From: Candidatus Palauibacter sp.
Lineage (GTDB): Bacteria; Gemmatimonadota; Gemmatimonadetes; Palauibacterales; Palauibacteraceae
Length of the DNA stretch: 64,000 nt
NCBI RefSeq assembly: GCF_965197445.1
Contig: NZ_CBDANE010000005.1
Span: 1,458,992-1,522,991 of the forward strand
Direction: 5' to 3'
Below the pieces are notes generated by a model that saw only the letters and a list, made by a program, of their open reading frames with translations, made no database searches and was not told where the DNA came from. Of this stretch, positions 1 to 9,582 are shown piece after piece; positions within the stretch are counted from its first letter, which is position 1; each line of letters opens with the position of its first letter. The translations under genes and the position numbers were made by a program.

Positions 1-2
1 GC

Positions 3-1616
3 GGGTTCGGGTCGAAGCTCAACGTGTACGCGGAGGAAGCCCTCTGCATCGCCCTCGCGCGCCGGCTCCGCAGGCCGGTCAAGTGGGTGGCGGGCCGGAG
101 TGAGGGATACGTCGCCACGATCCACGGGCGGGACCAGGTGCAGGAGATCGAGATCGCGGCGACCTCGGACGGCACGATTCTGGGATACCGCGTGAACATT
201 CTCGCGGCCATGGGCGCGTATCTGCAGCTCGTGGCGCCGGGTGTCCCGCTTCTCGGGGCCTTCCTCTACTGCGGTTGCTACGGTGGGGAGGCATACCACT
301 TCGAGTGCACGGGCGTGTTCACGAACACGACGCCGACGGACGCCTATCGCGGCGCAGGCCGGCCTGAAGCCACCTACGCGATCGAGCGGGCCATCGATTC
401 GCTGGCGCGCGAAGTGGGGGTGGACCCGGTGGAGATCCGGCGGCGGAACTTCCTCCCGGCGGGCGACATGGTGCAGAGCCCGGGCGGCCTCGCCTTCGAC
501 TCGGCGAACTACGAGCCGGCGCTGGACCGTGCCGTTGAACTGCTGGACTACGACGGGTTCCGGAGCGACCAGGCGGAGCGCAGGGAGAGCGGGGCGGGCA
601 AGCAGATCGGCGTCGGGTTCTCCTCCTACGTGGAAATCTGCGGGCTCGCGCCCTCTCAGGTGCTTGCCTCGCTCAAGTACGCAGCGGGCGGCTGGGACGC
701 GGCCACGGTGCGGATGCTGCCGACCGGGAAGGCGGAGGTCGTGACGGGCAGCTCGCCACATGGCCAGGGACACGTGACCTCATGGTCCCAGATCGCGGCT
801 GACGCGCTCGGGATTCCCTACGAGGATGTCACGGTGCTGCACGGCGATACGCACGTCGCGCCCCACGGGATGAACACCTACGGCAGCCGGAGCCTCGCGG
901 TGGCCGGGGTCGCGGTCTACAACGCCTGTGGCCGGGTCGTCGACAAGGCGCGGCGGCTGGCCGCGCACCTGCTCGAGGTCGCGCCCGAGGATCTCGACTA
1001 CGAGGCGGGGACGTTCTCGGTGAAGGGGGTTCCGGACCGCACGAAGTCGATGCCCGAACTCGCCTTTGCGGCGTGGACCGCGCACAGCCTGCCGGAGGGC
1101 TCGGAGCCCGGGCTCGAAGCGGGCTGCGTGTACGATCCGCCGAACTTCACCTTCCCCTTCGGTACGCATGTTGCCGTGGTCGAGGTGGACACCGATACCG
1201 GCGCGGTGGAACTCGTCCGCTATATTGCGGTGGACGACTGCGGGCCGGTGATCAACCCTGTCATCGTGGACGGACAGGTGCACGGCGGGGTCGCGCAGGG
1301 TATCGCGGCGGCGCTGTACGAAGAGGCGACCTACGCCGAGGACGGCACGCTCGAGACGTCCTCGATGATCAACTATCTCGTGCCGTCGGCGGCCGAGTTC
1401 CCCTTCTTCGAGACGGATCGGACGGTGACGCCGAGCACCTCGAACCCGATGGGGGTGAAGGGGATCGGCGAGGCGGGGACGATCGGTTCCGCGCCGGCGG
1501 TCATCAACGCGGTCGTGGACGCGCTCGCGCATCTCGGCGTGGCGGACATCCCGATGCCGGCGACGCCGGAACGCGTATGGCGCGCAATCCAGGCTGCCCA
1601 GGGAGGTGACGCATGA
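3..1616 (+). CDS. Xanthine dehydrogenase-family molybdopterin-binding subunit (CoxL/CutL-like, form II type), 5'-truncated by the window edge
   Basis: Frame opens at base 3 with GFGSK; has AYRGAGR active-site loop, SPHGQGH, GSRS, VDGQVHGG and KGIGEAG motifs. Confidence 0.9.
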   Translation, partial: GFGSKLNVYAEEALCIALARRLRRPVKWVAGRSEGYVATIHGRDQVQEIEIAATSDGTILGYRVNILAAMGAYLQLVAPGVPLLGAFLYCGCYGGEAYHFECTGVFTNTTPTDAYRGAGRPEATYAIERAIDSLAREVGVDPVEIRRRNFLPAGDMVQSPGGLAFDSANYEPALDRAVELLDYDGFRSDQAERRESGAGKQIGVGFSSYVEICGLAPSQVLASLKYAAGGWDAATVRMLPTGKAEVVTGSSPHGQGHVTSWSQIAADALGIPYEDVTVLHGDTHVAPHGMNTYGSRSLAVAGVAVYNACGRVVDKARRLAAHLLEVAPEDLDYEAGTFSVKGVPDRTKSMPELAFAAWTAHSLPEGSEPGLEAGCVYDPPNFTFPFGTHVAVVEVDTDTGAVELVRYIAVDDCGPVINPVIVDGQVHGGVAQGIAAALYEEATYAEDGTLETSSMINYLVPSAAEFPFFETDRTVTPSTSNPMGVKGIGEAGTIGSAPAVINAVVDALAHLGVADIPMPATPERVWRAIQAAQGGDA

Positions 1617-2476
1617 TTCCGGCTTCGTTCGAGTACGAGCGCGCGGCCTCTCTCGATGAGGCCCTGAGTCTGCTCGCCGAAGGAGGAGAGGACGCGCGGC
1701 CGCTGGCCGGCGGACATTCGCTGCTTCCGCTCATGCGGCTGCGCCTGGCCCGGCCGACGCTGCTGGTGGACATCGGCGGGCTCGATGAACTGCGGGGCGT
1801 GCACGCGGATGGGGACTCGGTCTCGATCGGCGCCCTGACGACGCACCATGAGCTTGCGGGCGCGTCCGAACTGACGGGCGGCTGCGGTCTCATCGCGCAG
1901 GTGGCGGAGGGGATCGGCGACCCGCAGGTGCGGCACCGGGGCACGATCGGCGGCTCCGTCGCGCACGCGGACCCGGCTTCGGACCTTCCCGCCGCGCTCC
2001 TGGCACTCGACGCGGTGATCTCGGTGGCGGGGAGCGGCGGCATGCGTTCCGTGGCCGCGGCCGACTACTTCGTCGGGCCGTTCATGCCGGCCATGGACTC
2101 CGGTGAGATCGTGACCGGGATCCGGGTGCCGCGAAAGGACGGGTGGGGCAGCGCGTACCACAAGTTCCAGCGGCGCGCGCAGGACTGGGCGATCGTCGGA
2201 GTCGCCGCGGTCGTGCATTGGAGCGACGGGATCGCGGGGGCCGCGATCGGCCTCACGAACATGGGCGGTACGCCGCTGCGGGCGCACGCGGTCGAGGCCG
2301 CCCTCGCCGGCACCTCCGAGAAGGCCGAGATCATGGCGGCGGTCTCGAAGGTGTCGGAACTCGAGACGCCCCCGGCGGATGAGAACGCGAGTTCGGAGTT
2401 CCGCCTGCACCTCGCGGAGGTGCTGATCCGGCGCGCCGTCGCCGAGGCGGCCGGCTGCCCCGGGATGAAACGTTAG
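1613..2476 (+). CDS. FAD-binding subunit (CoxM/CutM-like)
   Basis: MIPASFEY start, AGGHSLLP and RHRGTIGGS..HADPASD motifs; ATGA overlap with the large subunit. Confidence 0.9.
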   Translation: MIPASFEYERAASLDEALSLLAEGGEDARPLAGGHSLLPLMRLRLARPTLLVDIGGLDELRGVHADGDSVSIGALTTHHELAGASELTGGCGLIAQVAEGIGDPQVRHRGTIGGSVAHADPASDLPAALLALDAVISVAGSGGMRSVAAADYFVGPFMPAMDSGEIVTGIRVPRKDGWGSAYHKFQRRAQDWAIVGVAAVVHWSDGIAGAAIGLTNMGGTPLRAHAVEAALAGTSEKAEIMAAVSKVSELETPPADENASSEFRLHLAEVLIRRAVAEAAGCPGMKR

Positions 2477-2768
2477 CCCGGCTCTCTATACACTGCACAC
2501 ACTGCGCGCGTGGGCGGTCCGTCGCGGGGGATCGTGACGCAGGTCCCCCGAATGGGGGATTGCCAAGACTTTCTCGGGCGATAAACGTTTGTAGGTACGC
2601 ACTTTGCCGGTCTCATTCGCTCATCCCCTCCGACAGGGAGAGGCACCGCGGAAGACCGGGAAGACCTGCAGTCCACCGACATCAGGGCGCGCGACGTTCC
2701 ACGCCAGAACTGAGACGAACATCTATCTCACTCCGCCACGGCGGCGCGATCGTCACTAAGGAGCCAAC

Positions 2769-4142
2769 ATCAAGAAGACAACTGTCAGCCGCCGGAACTT
2801 TCTCGTCCGGGGTAGTGGCGCCCTGGTCTCTCTCTCCCTGGGCACTGGCTGCTCGGACAACGGGATGGGTCCGGTCGTCAGTGTGCCCCCTGCGCCCCCG
2901 CCCGCGCCTCCCCCCGCGCCACCGCCGCCCCCGCCGCCGCCACCGCCACCGCCGCCGCCCCCACCCGAAGATCGGGTCGACGTGATCGTGGTGGGCGCCG
3001 GTCTGTCCGGGCTGGTCGCCGCATACGAGTTGGTCCGGGCGGGGCACGATGTCCGGGTTCTGGAAGCAAGAAACGCAGCCGGGGGCCGGGCGCAGACACT
3101 TCGCGAGCCCTTCGACGACGGGCTCATCGCCGAATCCGGCCCGGCCCGTATCCCACCCGACCATGATCGAACGCTCGGCTACATCGACCACTTCGGCATC
3201 GAGACATCTCCCTTCTATACGCAGGAAGGTGAGTACCTCGTCGTTCCCGAGCAGGGCGACCGCTACCGGGAGACGCCGGGCGTGTTCCTCGGTGGGGGGC
3301 GGGACACGTGGCTCAAGATTCCGGCTGGGACCGATGCCTTGCCGATGGCGTTCGCCGAAGCGCTCGGAGACCGTGTGCGGTACGGCTCGCCGGTGACGAG
3401 GGTGGTCCGGGATGAGGCCGGGGTGGTGGCCACCTACGGAACCGGCGACGCCGCGGAGGAACTGAAGGGCGGCCACCTCATCTGCACCGTCCCCCTCCCC
3501 GTCATCGACAGGATCGTGTTCGACCCCATCCTCTCGGAAGCGAAGCGAGCGGCCTTCGAAGCCACTGCCTACGAGGACGTCACTCGGGTCTACGTCCAGT
3601 ATGCGGAACGAAATTGGGAGGGCGACGGCTTGAACGGATGGGGGTTGTCGTTTGTGGGGGGGTTCTCGGAAATATGGCATCCCACCTGGAATCAGCCGGG
3701 GCCTCGGGGAATTCTGATGTCCTACATGTTCGGAGACATGGCGCGCACGGTCGCGGCGATGGAGCCCGGCACCATCGTGCCCGACTTCATCGATCGCTTT
3801 GATGGCTTCTTCCCCGGCTCGCGCGAGGTCGCGGAGCGCGGAACCCACTTCGCGTGGGAGCACCAGCCCTGGATTGGGGCGGCCTACACCCAGTACGATC
3901 CCCCGTTTGCGGAGCACCCGGAACTGGCATCACCCGAGGGCCCCATTCACTTCGCTGGCGAGCACGCCTCGGGGGAGCGGGGGTGGATGCAGGGAGCCCT
4001 CCAGTCGGGCCTGCGGGCTGCCTCGGAGATCGATGCGACGGTGACGGGGGAGCGCTCCGGCGCGGTCGTGGCAATCTCGCGGCGGCGGATGGTGCGCCGT
4101 TTCGCGGCTGGCCTCCATGCGCCGGAATGGTTGGCGGTGTAA
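2769..4142 (+). CDS. Flavin monoamine oxidase family protein, predicted Tat-exported lipoprotein with polyproline linker
   Basis: [18 protein letters not shown] and [16 protein letters not shown] motifs. The frame extends upstream of ATG 2865 to ATC 2769 (after SD AAGGAG), giving [11 protein letters not shown] (Tat motif) and LGTGC (lipobox). Confidence 0.85.
   Translation: MKKTTVSRRNFLVRGSGALVSLSLGTGCSDNGMGPVVSVPPAPPPAPPPAPPPPPPPPPPPPPPPPEDRVDVIVVGAGLSGLVAAYELVRAGHDVRVLEARNAAGGRAQTLREPFDDGLIAESGPARIPPDHDRTLGYIDHFGIETSPFYTQEGEYLVVPEQGDRYRETPGVFLGGGRDTWLKIPAGTDALPMAFAEALGDRVRYGSPVTRVVRDEAGVVATYGTGDAAEELKGGHLICTVPLPVIDRIVFDPILSEAKRAAFEATAYEDVTRVYVQYAERNWEGDGLNGWGLSFVGGFSEIWHPTWNQPGPRGILMSYMFGDMARTVAAMEPGTIVPDFIDRFDGFFPGSREVAERGTHFAWEHQPWIGAAYTQYDPPFAEHPELASPEGPIHFAGEHASGERGWMQGALQSGLRAASEIDATVTGERSGAVVAISRRRMVRRFAAGLHAPEWLAV
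2886..2967 (+). repeat. CCG/CCA-rich low-complexity tract encoding a polyproline linker
   Basis: [27 protein letters not shown] between the lipobox and the FAD domain. Confidence 0.9.
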
Positions 4143-4217
4143 CGCCATTCTGGCCATTTCCTGCGGGGGGGGGCGGCCTTTCGCTCCACCACACGTTGCA
4201 GGGCGCCTGATCGACCG

Positions 4218-5945
4218 CTAGTTGCCTCCGCTCACTCCGGCCGGGCGGGGCGCCACCGCAGTGCCCTCCCAGTCGGGGTCGGCGGCGCCGATCCAGATGC
4301 CCGCCTCCGCGTCGTACTGGAGGCCGTGGATGCGACCGAATGCGCCTTGACGCGGCGTAGCCGTGATATCGAACCCCATCGTGCGGAACGCCGCGACAGC
4401 GGCCTCGGACCACCCGTCCTCCGGCGCCGCCTCCACGGCGAAGCCCGAGAACCCCTCGGGGCCCATGTTCGGGTGCACGCGCGGGGCGGCGAGCGCGGCC
4501 GGCAGCGCCAGACCGTCATCGACCACGCGCGTCACGGCCTGGACGACGGCCGAAATGATCCGAATGCCGCCGGCGGCCCCGAGGACGAGGAGCGGTTCGC
4601 CGTCGTCGAACACCATGAAAGGTGTGATCCCCGATCGGGCGCGCTCGCCGGGTTCGCTGATCCCGAGGTACCCGCCCAGCGTCACCGCGTAGAGGAATCC
4701 GAGTCCGGGCGTCGCGACCTTCGAACCCATACCCGGGCCGATCGTCTGCGTGAGGGCGACGGCCATGCCGTTCCCGTCGGCGGCCGACAGGTGTGTCGTG
4801 TGCCCTTCGTCCGGCGGCAGATGGAGGTCCGCACCCACGCCGGCGAGCGCGAGGCTCCGACCTGCCGGCGGTGTCCCCGAGCCTGACCGGGAGCCCGACT
4901 CGAGGCTGGCGGCGGCGGGCACCGTTACCTGCTCGGCAAGCTCTCGCGCGAAGACCTTCGATGTGACACGGACGGCCGACGAGTCCGAACTGTCCCGTCG
5001 ATATTCCGTCATCGCGAGGGCCAGGGACTGGGCGATCACGGAGGCCCAGGCTTCGTCGCTCATGCCGTCGGGATCGAAGACTTCAGCGATCTGGAGCGCC
5101 AGGATCGCGATCGCGCCCGAAGCCGGGATGTCCGAGCCGACGATCTCGAACCCTCGATACGAGCCCCGCACGATCCGTGAATCCTCCGCCCGGTACGCGG
5201 CCAGAGCCTCGCGCGTGAGGAAGCCGCCGTTGGCCGCCATGTCCTCGGCGATGCGGGCCGCGATCTCGCCACGGTAGAAGGCCTCGGCGCCGCCCAGAGA
5301 GATCGCCCTCAAGGTCGAGGCCATATCGGACTGCACGAGCCGGTCTCCGGGGTCGTGCGGGGATCCGTCCGGCCTCAGGTAGTAGCGCCGCGCCCCCTCC
5401 GACTCGGCGACCTGGTCACGCGATGCGGACTGGCGCCGCGCCTCGCCGGGCAGCAGCCGGAATCCGTGTCCCGCGTAGTCGATCGCCGGGGCCATGACTG
5501 TGGTGAGCGGCAGGGATCCGTACTCCTCGTGCAGGCGCATCAGCCCGGCAACGGTGCCGGGCACGCCGACCGTGGGGTAGCCGTAGGCCGCGCGCGGCGC
5601 CGTCGCCGGGTCGTATCCGAGAGGGACCGACGTCGTCCCATCGATGCCGGCGACGATGCCGTCGGCCGTACGAATCAGGATCTGATTCCGTCCTCCGATA
5701 CTGTTCATGCTCGGTTCGACGACGGAGATGGCGAAGGCCGCGGCCACAGCCGCGTCGGCGGCGTTCCCGCCAAGCTCGAGCATCCGAGCCCCGGCGGCGG
5801 CGGCGAGAGGCTGCGCCGCGACGACGACCCCATCAGGCGACCTTGCCACCTGGGGCGCGCTCTGCGCCCATATCCAGGCCGGCAGCGCTGCAAGGGCGAA
5901 CGTTGCACCAACCGTTGCGGTGCGGACTCGAATACCTGTCTTCAT
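4218..5945 (-). CDS. ggt: Gamma-glutamyltransferase family protein, secreted
   Basis: Signal peptide; GGNAADAAVA, VGVPGTVAG, HTTHLS (Thr nucleophile) and GAAGG motifs; GAADP near the C-terminus. Confidence 0.9.
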   Translation of the reverse strand: MKTGIRVRTATVGATFALAALPAWIWAQSAPQVARSPDGVVVAAQPLAAAAGARMLELGGNAADAAVAAAFAISVVEPSMNSIGGRNQILIRTADGIVAGIDGTTSVPLGYDPATAPRAAYGYPTVGVPGTVAGLMRLHEEYGSLPLTTVMAPAIDYAGHGFRLLPGEARRQSASRDQVAESEGARRYYLRPDGSPHDPGDRLVQSDMASTLRAISLGGAEAFYRGEIAARIAEDMAANGGFLTREALAAYRAEDSRIVRGSYRGFEIVGSDIPASGAIAILALQIAEVFDPDGMSDEAWASVIAQSLALAMTEYRRDSSDSSAVRVTSKVFARELAEQVTVPAAASLESGSRSGSGTPPAGRSLALAGVGADLHLPPDEGHTTHLSAADGNGMAVALTQTIGPGMGSKVATPGLGFLYAVTLGGYLGISEPGERARSGITPFMVFDDGEPLLVLGAAGGIRIISAVVQAVTRVVDDGLALPAALAAPRVHPNMGPEGFSGFAVEAAPEDGWSEAAVAAFRTMGFDITATPRQGAFGRIHGLQYDAEAGIWIGAADPDWEGTAVAPRPAGVSGGN

Positions 5946-6028
5946 CTGTCCTCCGTCGCTTTCATCGCGGGGTAGCAGGAGAGAGAAACTTGCGTTCCGT
6001 ACGAGCCGTGACTAGAGTCCGAGCCGCG

Positions 6029-6059
6029 TTGACAAAAAAGTTAAACACTCTTGCAAAAC
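6029..6059 (+). promoter_or_regulatory. AT-rich promoter/operator between divergent ggt and tetR
   Basis: TTGACA at 6029-6034 followed by AAAAAGTTAAACACTCTTGCAAAA in a high-GC background; the -10 box is poor. Confidence 0.45.
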
Positions 6060-6073
6060 GCCCGGAGGTCGTG

Positions 6074-6739
6074 ATGGTCGTGAAATCCCCCGCCGTCGCA
6101 CCGGGCACCGAGCAGAGGATCTTCGACGCGGCGCTCGCGGTCTTCGCCCGCAAGGGCCGGGACGGCGCACGGCTCCAGGAGATCGCGGATCGGGCGGTGA
6201 TCAATCGCGCCCTGCTGCACTACTACTTCCGCACCAAGGAGCAGCTTTACGAGGCCGTGTTCGCGCACGGCTGCCGCCAGTTCATGACCGGACTGAGCCA
6301 GTCGCTGCAGGAAGAGCAGGGGTTCGAGGACAGTCTGCGCGCGTTCGTCTACGGTTACATCGACTACATCTACGAACATCAGGACATGGCTCGCCTCATG
6401 CTGAACGAGTGTCTGTGCGGTGGCGGGGCGCTCGAGAGACACCTGACGGCCGCGCTCGAGGCGCGCGAGGGGGTACCCGGGCTGCTGCTCGAGGAGCGGC
6501 TGCGGGGGGCGATCGCCGCGGGGGAGATCCGGGAGGTGGACCTCCGGCATACGCTGCTCACCATCGTCTCGGCGTGCCTGTTCCCGTTCGTCGCCCTGCC
6601 GACGGTTCGTCTGTTCCACTCACAGGCCGTGCAGGACTTCGATCGCTTCGTCCACGAGCGGAAGTCGCATATCGTCGATCTTCTGCTGGGGGGCCTTCGC
6701 CCGTCGGAGGTTCGCGCCCGAACAGAGTCACCGGCATGA
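6074..6739 (+). CDS. TetR/AcrR family transcriptional regulator
   Basis: RIFDAALAVFARKG..ARLQEIA..INRALLHYYFRTKEQLY HTH; GGAGG SD upstream. Confidence 0.93.
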   Translation: MVVKSPAVAPGTEQRIFDAALAVFARKGRDGARLQEIADRAVINRALLHYYFRTKEQLYEAVFAHGCRQFMTGLSQSLQEEQGFEDSLRAFVYGYIDYIYEHQDMARLMLNECLCGGGALERHLTAALEAREGVPGLLLEERLRGAIAAGEIREVDLRHTLLTIVSACLFPFVALPTVRLFHSQAVQDFDRFVHERKSHIVDLLLGGLRPSEVRARTESPA

Positions 6740-8247
6740 TCGGCCCGAGGGGACTGCGGCCTGGTGGCGCGCTGCTTCTCGTCGCGCTGGCGGGCGCCTG
6801 CACGTTCGCGCCCCGACCGCGGACTCCCGTCCAGGTGGCCGAGATGCCGGAGGTCTACGATGTCGAGGCGTCGCGCGCGGACGGCGATGCGGGAGGCTGG
6901 TGGCAGGCATTCGCCGATCCGACGCTGGACCGCCTGATCGACACCGCCCTGACCGAGAACTTCGACCTGCGGGAGGCGATCGCACGGCTTGAGGAACTGC
7001 GGCACCGCTACCGGATCGCACGAGCGCCGCTCTTCCCGGCGCTGAGCCTCAACGGCGATGCGAACCGGTCGAGTACGCCGGCCAATACCGGCCTCGGCTC
7101 ACAGTTCGGCGACGGAGACGGCGATGGAGCGGGGATCCCCGGGCTCGCGTTCTCCTTCCCCGACCGGTTCGAGTTCACCACCTACTCGGCCTCGCTCGGT
7201 TTCTCGTACGAACTCGATTTCTGGGGTCGTCTCCGAAACGAGTCGGGGGCGGCGGTCCGGGACTTCCTGGCCTCGCGGGGGGACGCCGAGACGGTGCGCC
7301 TCACTGTCATCGCCTCGACCATCTCGACGTATCTCGAGATCGTCTCTGCGCGCGCCCAGCTCGCCGTCGCCGAGGACAACGTAGATCTGCTGCGGGAACG
7401 GGCGGAACTGACTCAAGAGCGGTATCAGTCCGGTCTCACGAACACATTCGAGCTCTACGCGATCCGCCAGCAGTACCGGACCGCCGAGTCGAATCTGCCG
7501 GGTCTGCGGACGGCCGTCGACGATGCGGAGGGTCGCCTGGCCCTGATCCTGGGACGATACGCGGGAACCATCGAGGACCTGTTGCCCGCGGACCTCGCGC
7601 CGGCGGTCGACACGACGCCGATTCCCGCCGGGCTCCCTGCGTCGCTGCTCGCGGAACGGCCCGATGTGATGGCCGCGCTCGAGCGCGTCGAAGCGGCTCG
7701 ACTCCGGGTGGGGGCGCGGCGGGCGGAGCTGCTGCCCACGATCTCTCTCAACGGTTCGGGCGGCTTCCAGTCGAGCGAAGTGACCAATCTGCTGTACGTG
7801 GACCAGTGGTTCACGAACCTGATCGGCGGGATCGTCGCGCCGATCTTCCAGGGCGGCCGGCTGCGGGCCAACCTCGGCGTCGCGTGGGCGCAGTACGACC
7901 AGTCCCTCATCGCCTACGCGCGCACGGTGCTCGGTGCCTACCGGGAAGTGCGGACGAGCCTCCGGCAGTTCGAGAACGAGCGGGAGCGCCATGCCCAGGT
8001 TGTGGAGCAGGTCGCGGATGCCCGCGCCTCGCTCGAAAACCAGCTCCAGCGATACCGGAGCGGGGTCGGGAACTACGTCGAATACCTGGACGCGCGGGTC
8101 AACCTGAACGGGGCGGAGACGACGCTGGCCCTCGCCGAACGGGGCATGGGCGAAGCGCGCCTCGCCGTCCACCGCGCGCTGGGTGGTGCGTGGGTAGCGC
8201 AGGACATCGAACCAGGGGGCGCGCTGATGCCCCCGGATCAGAGATAG
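6736..8247 (+). CDS. RND efflux outer-membrane lipoprotein (NodT/OprM family)
   Basis: Lipobox LAGAC; WWQAFADPTL, YELDFWG and ERPDV motifs; ATGA overlap with tetR. Confidence 0.92.
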   Translation: MIGPRGLRPGGALLLVALAGACTFAPRPRTPVQVAEMPEVYDVEASRADGDAGGWWQAFADPTLDRLIDTALTENFDLREAIARLEELRHRYRIARAPLFPALSLNGDANRSSTPANTGLGSQFGDGDGDGAGIPGLAFSFPDRFEFTTYSASLGFSYELDFWGRLRNESGAAVRDFLASRGDAETVRLTVIASTISTYLEIVSARAQLAVAEDNVDLLRERAELTQERYQSGLTNTFELYAIRQQYRTAESNLPGLRTAVDDAEGRLALILGRYAGTIEDLLPADLAPAVDTTPIPAGLPASLLAERPDVMAALERVEAARLRVGARRAELLPTISLNGSGGFQSSEVTNLLYVDQWFTNLIGGIVAPIFQGGRLRANLGVAWAQYDQSLIAYARTVLGAYREVRTSLRQFENERERHAQVVEQVADARASLENQLQRYRSGVGNYVEYLDARVNLNGAETTLALAERGMGEARLAVHRALGGAWVAQDIEPGGALMPPDQR

Positions 8248-8256
8248 GGCGGAACG

Positions 8257-9582
8257 ATGGAAGACGTAACGCGGGAGATGCCGCTCCAGCCTGGCGGCGC
8301 GGGGGCACCGACCCCCCGGCCGGGACCCTGGAAGCGGCTGGGGCAGGGGGCGATCGTCATCGGGGTGGGTGTCGCAGCGTTCGTGCTGCTGTTCGGCATG
8401 CGCGCCGAGCCGGCGGAGGTGGATCCGCCGCGTGTGATTCCGACGGTGAGCACGGTCCCCGCGCGGGTGACCCAGGGTGCGATCACGGTGCGAGGCGGCG
8501 GCACGGTCCGTCCCAGCGCCGAGGTCACGATCGCGCCACAGGTCGGCGGCCGCGTGGTCTGGGCGTCCCCCGCGCTTGTCAGCGGCGGGCGTTTCCTCGA
8601 GGACGAGCCGCTGCTGCGTGTGGATCCGGCGGACTATGAGAACGCGGTAGAGGCGGCCGAAGCGGATGTCGCGCAGCGTGAGGTCGCCCTGCTGGAGGCC
8701 GAAGAGAATGCGCGGCTGGCTCTGGACGAATGGAAGCGGCTGGCCGCCCGCGAGAACCTCGACCCAACGCCGCCAAACGCCCTCGTCACGCGGCAGCCGC
8801 AACTGGATGCGGCCAAAGCGGCCCTCCGGAGCGCCGCGGCCCGGCTGGAAGACACGCGGCTGGCGCTGCAACGGACATGGATTCGGGCGCCGTTCAACGG
8901 GATCGTCCGCGACGAGACGGTCGACCTCGGCCAGTTCGTCTCCGTGGGTCAGGCGATCGGCCACCTGTACGCGACCGACGAGGTGGAGATCGTCGTGCCC
9001 ATGAGCGACAACGAGGCCGCGTTGATCGAGCGCCTGTGGAGCGCGCGGGCGGGCGAGCCGGAGACCCGGATCCCGGTCGACATCACGTCGGAGTACGGCG
9101 GGGCCGACTACCTGTGGTCCGGCTACGTGGATCGCGCGGAAGGGGATCTCGACGAGCAGACACGAACGGTCGACGTCGTGGTCCGTGTGCCGGCCCCCTT
9201 CGCACCGATGGAAGATGAGCCCCGTCGGCCTCCCCTCCTGATCGGGAGCTATGCGACGGTCGACATCGAAGGGACGAGCTTCGAACAGTACGCCATTGTT
9301 CCGGCGTCTGCCGTGCGCGACGGAGATGTCGTCTGGACGGTGCGGGACGACACGCTGCTCGCCATGACGCCCGTCGAGCCGATCCAGGAAGTGGACGACC
9401 TGGCGATGGTGCTCGGAGCCATCGCGGACGGCACTCCGGTCATCGTGTCGAGCCTTGCCTTCGTCACCGATGGCATGACGGTGCTGCCGGTGCAGATTCT
9501 CGAGAGTGCGCAACCTCCGGAAGCGGACGTCGGGACCGCGAGCCCCGGGGAAACGGGCACCCCTGAGGGGGTCGGATCATGA
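8257..9582 (+). CDS. RND efflux periplasmic adaptor (MFP)
   Basis: N-terminal TM helix, IAPQVGGRV, coiled hairpin, IRAPFNG. Confidence 0.92.
   Translation: MEDVTREMPLQPGGAGAPTPRPGPWKRLGQGAIVIGVGVAAFVLLFGMRAEPAEVDPPRVIPTVSTVPARVTQGAITVRGGGTVRPSAEVTIAPQVGGRVVWASPALVSGGRFLEDEPLLRVDPADYENAVEAAEADVAQREVALLEAEENARLALDEWKRLAARENLDPTPPNALVTRQPQLDAAKAALRSAAARLEDTRLALQRTWIRAPFNGIVRDETVDLGQFVSVGQAIGHLYATDEVEIVVPMSDNEAALIERLWSARAGEPETRIPVDITSEYGGADYLWSGYVDRAEGDLDEQTRTVDVVVRVPAPFAPMEDEPRRPPLLIGSYATVDIEGTSFEQYAIVPASAVRDGDVVWTVRDDTLLAMTPVEPIQEVDDLAMVLGAIADGTPVIVSSLAFVTDGMTVLPVQILESAQPPEADVGTASPGETGTPEGVGS

Noticed and set aside
3-1616. Bona fide form I aerobic CO dehydrogenase
   Set aside because: The active-site loop is AYRGAGR, not AYXCSFR, and the order is L then M; substrate cannot be assigned
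2600-2700. Cobalamin riboswitch (GGGAAGACCTGC resembles a B12-box end)
   Set aside because: Other conserved elements such as GCCACTG were not found and the downstream gene is unrelated; an Rfam/Infernal scan would settle it
4164-4173. Poly-G tract as a phase-variation switch
   Set aside because: It lies between two convergent stop codons, not in a promoter or coding region
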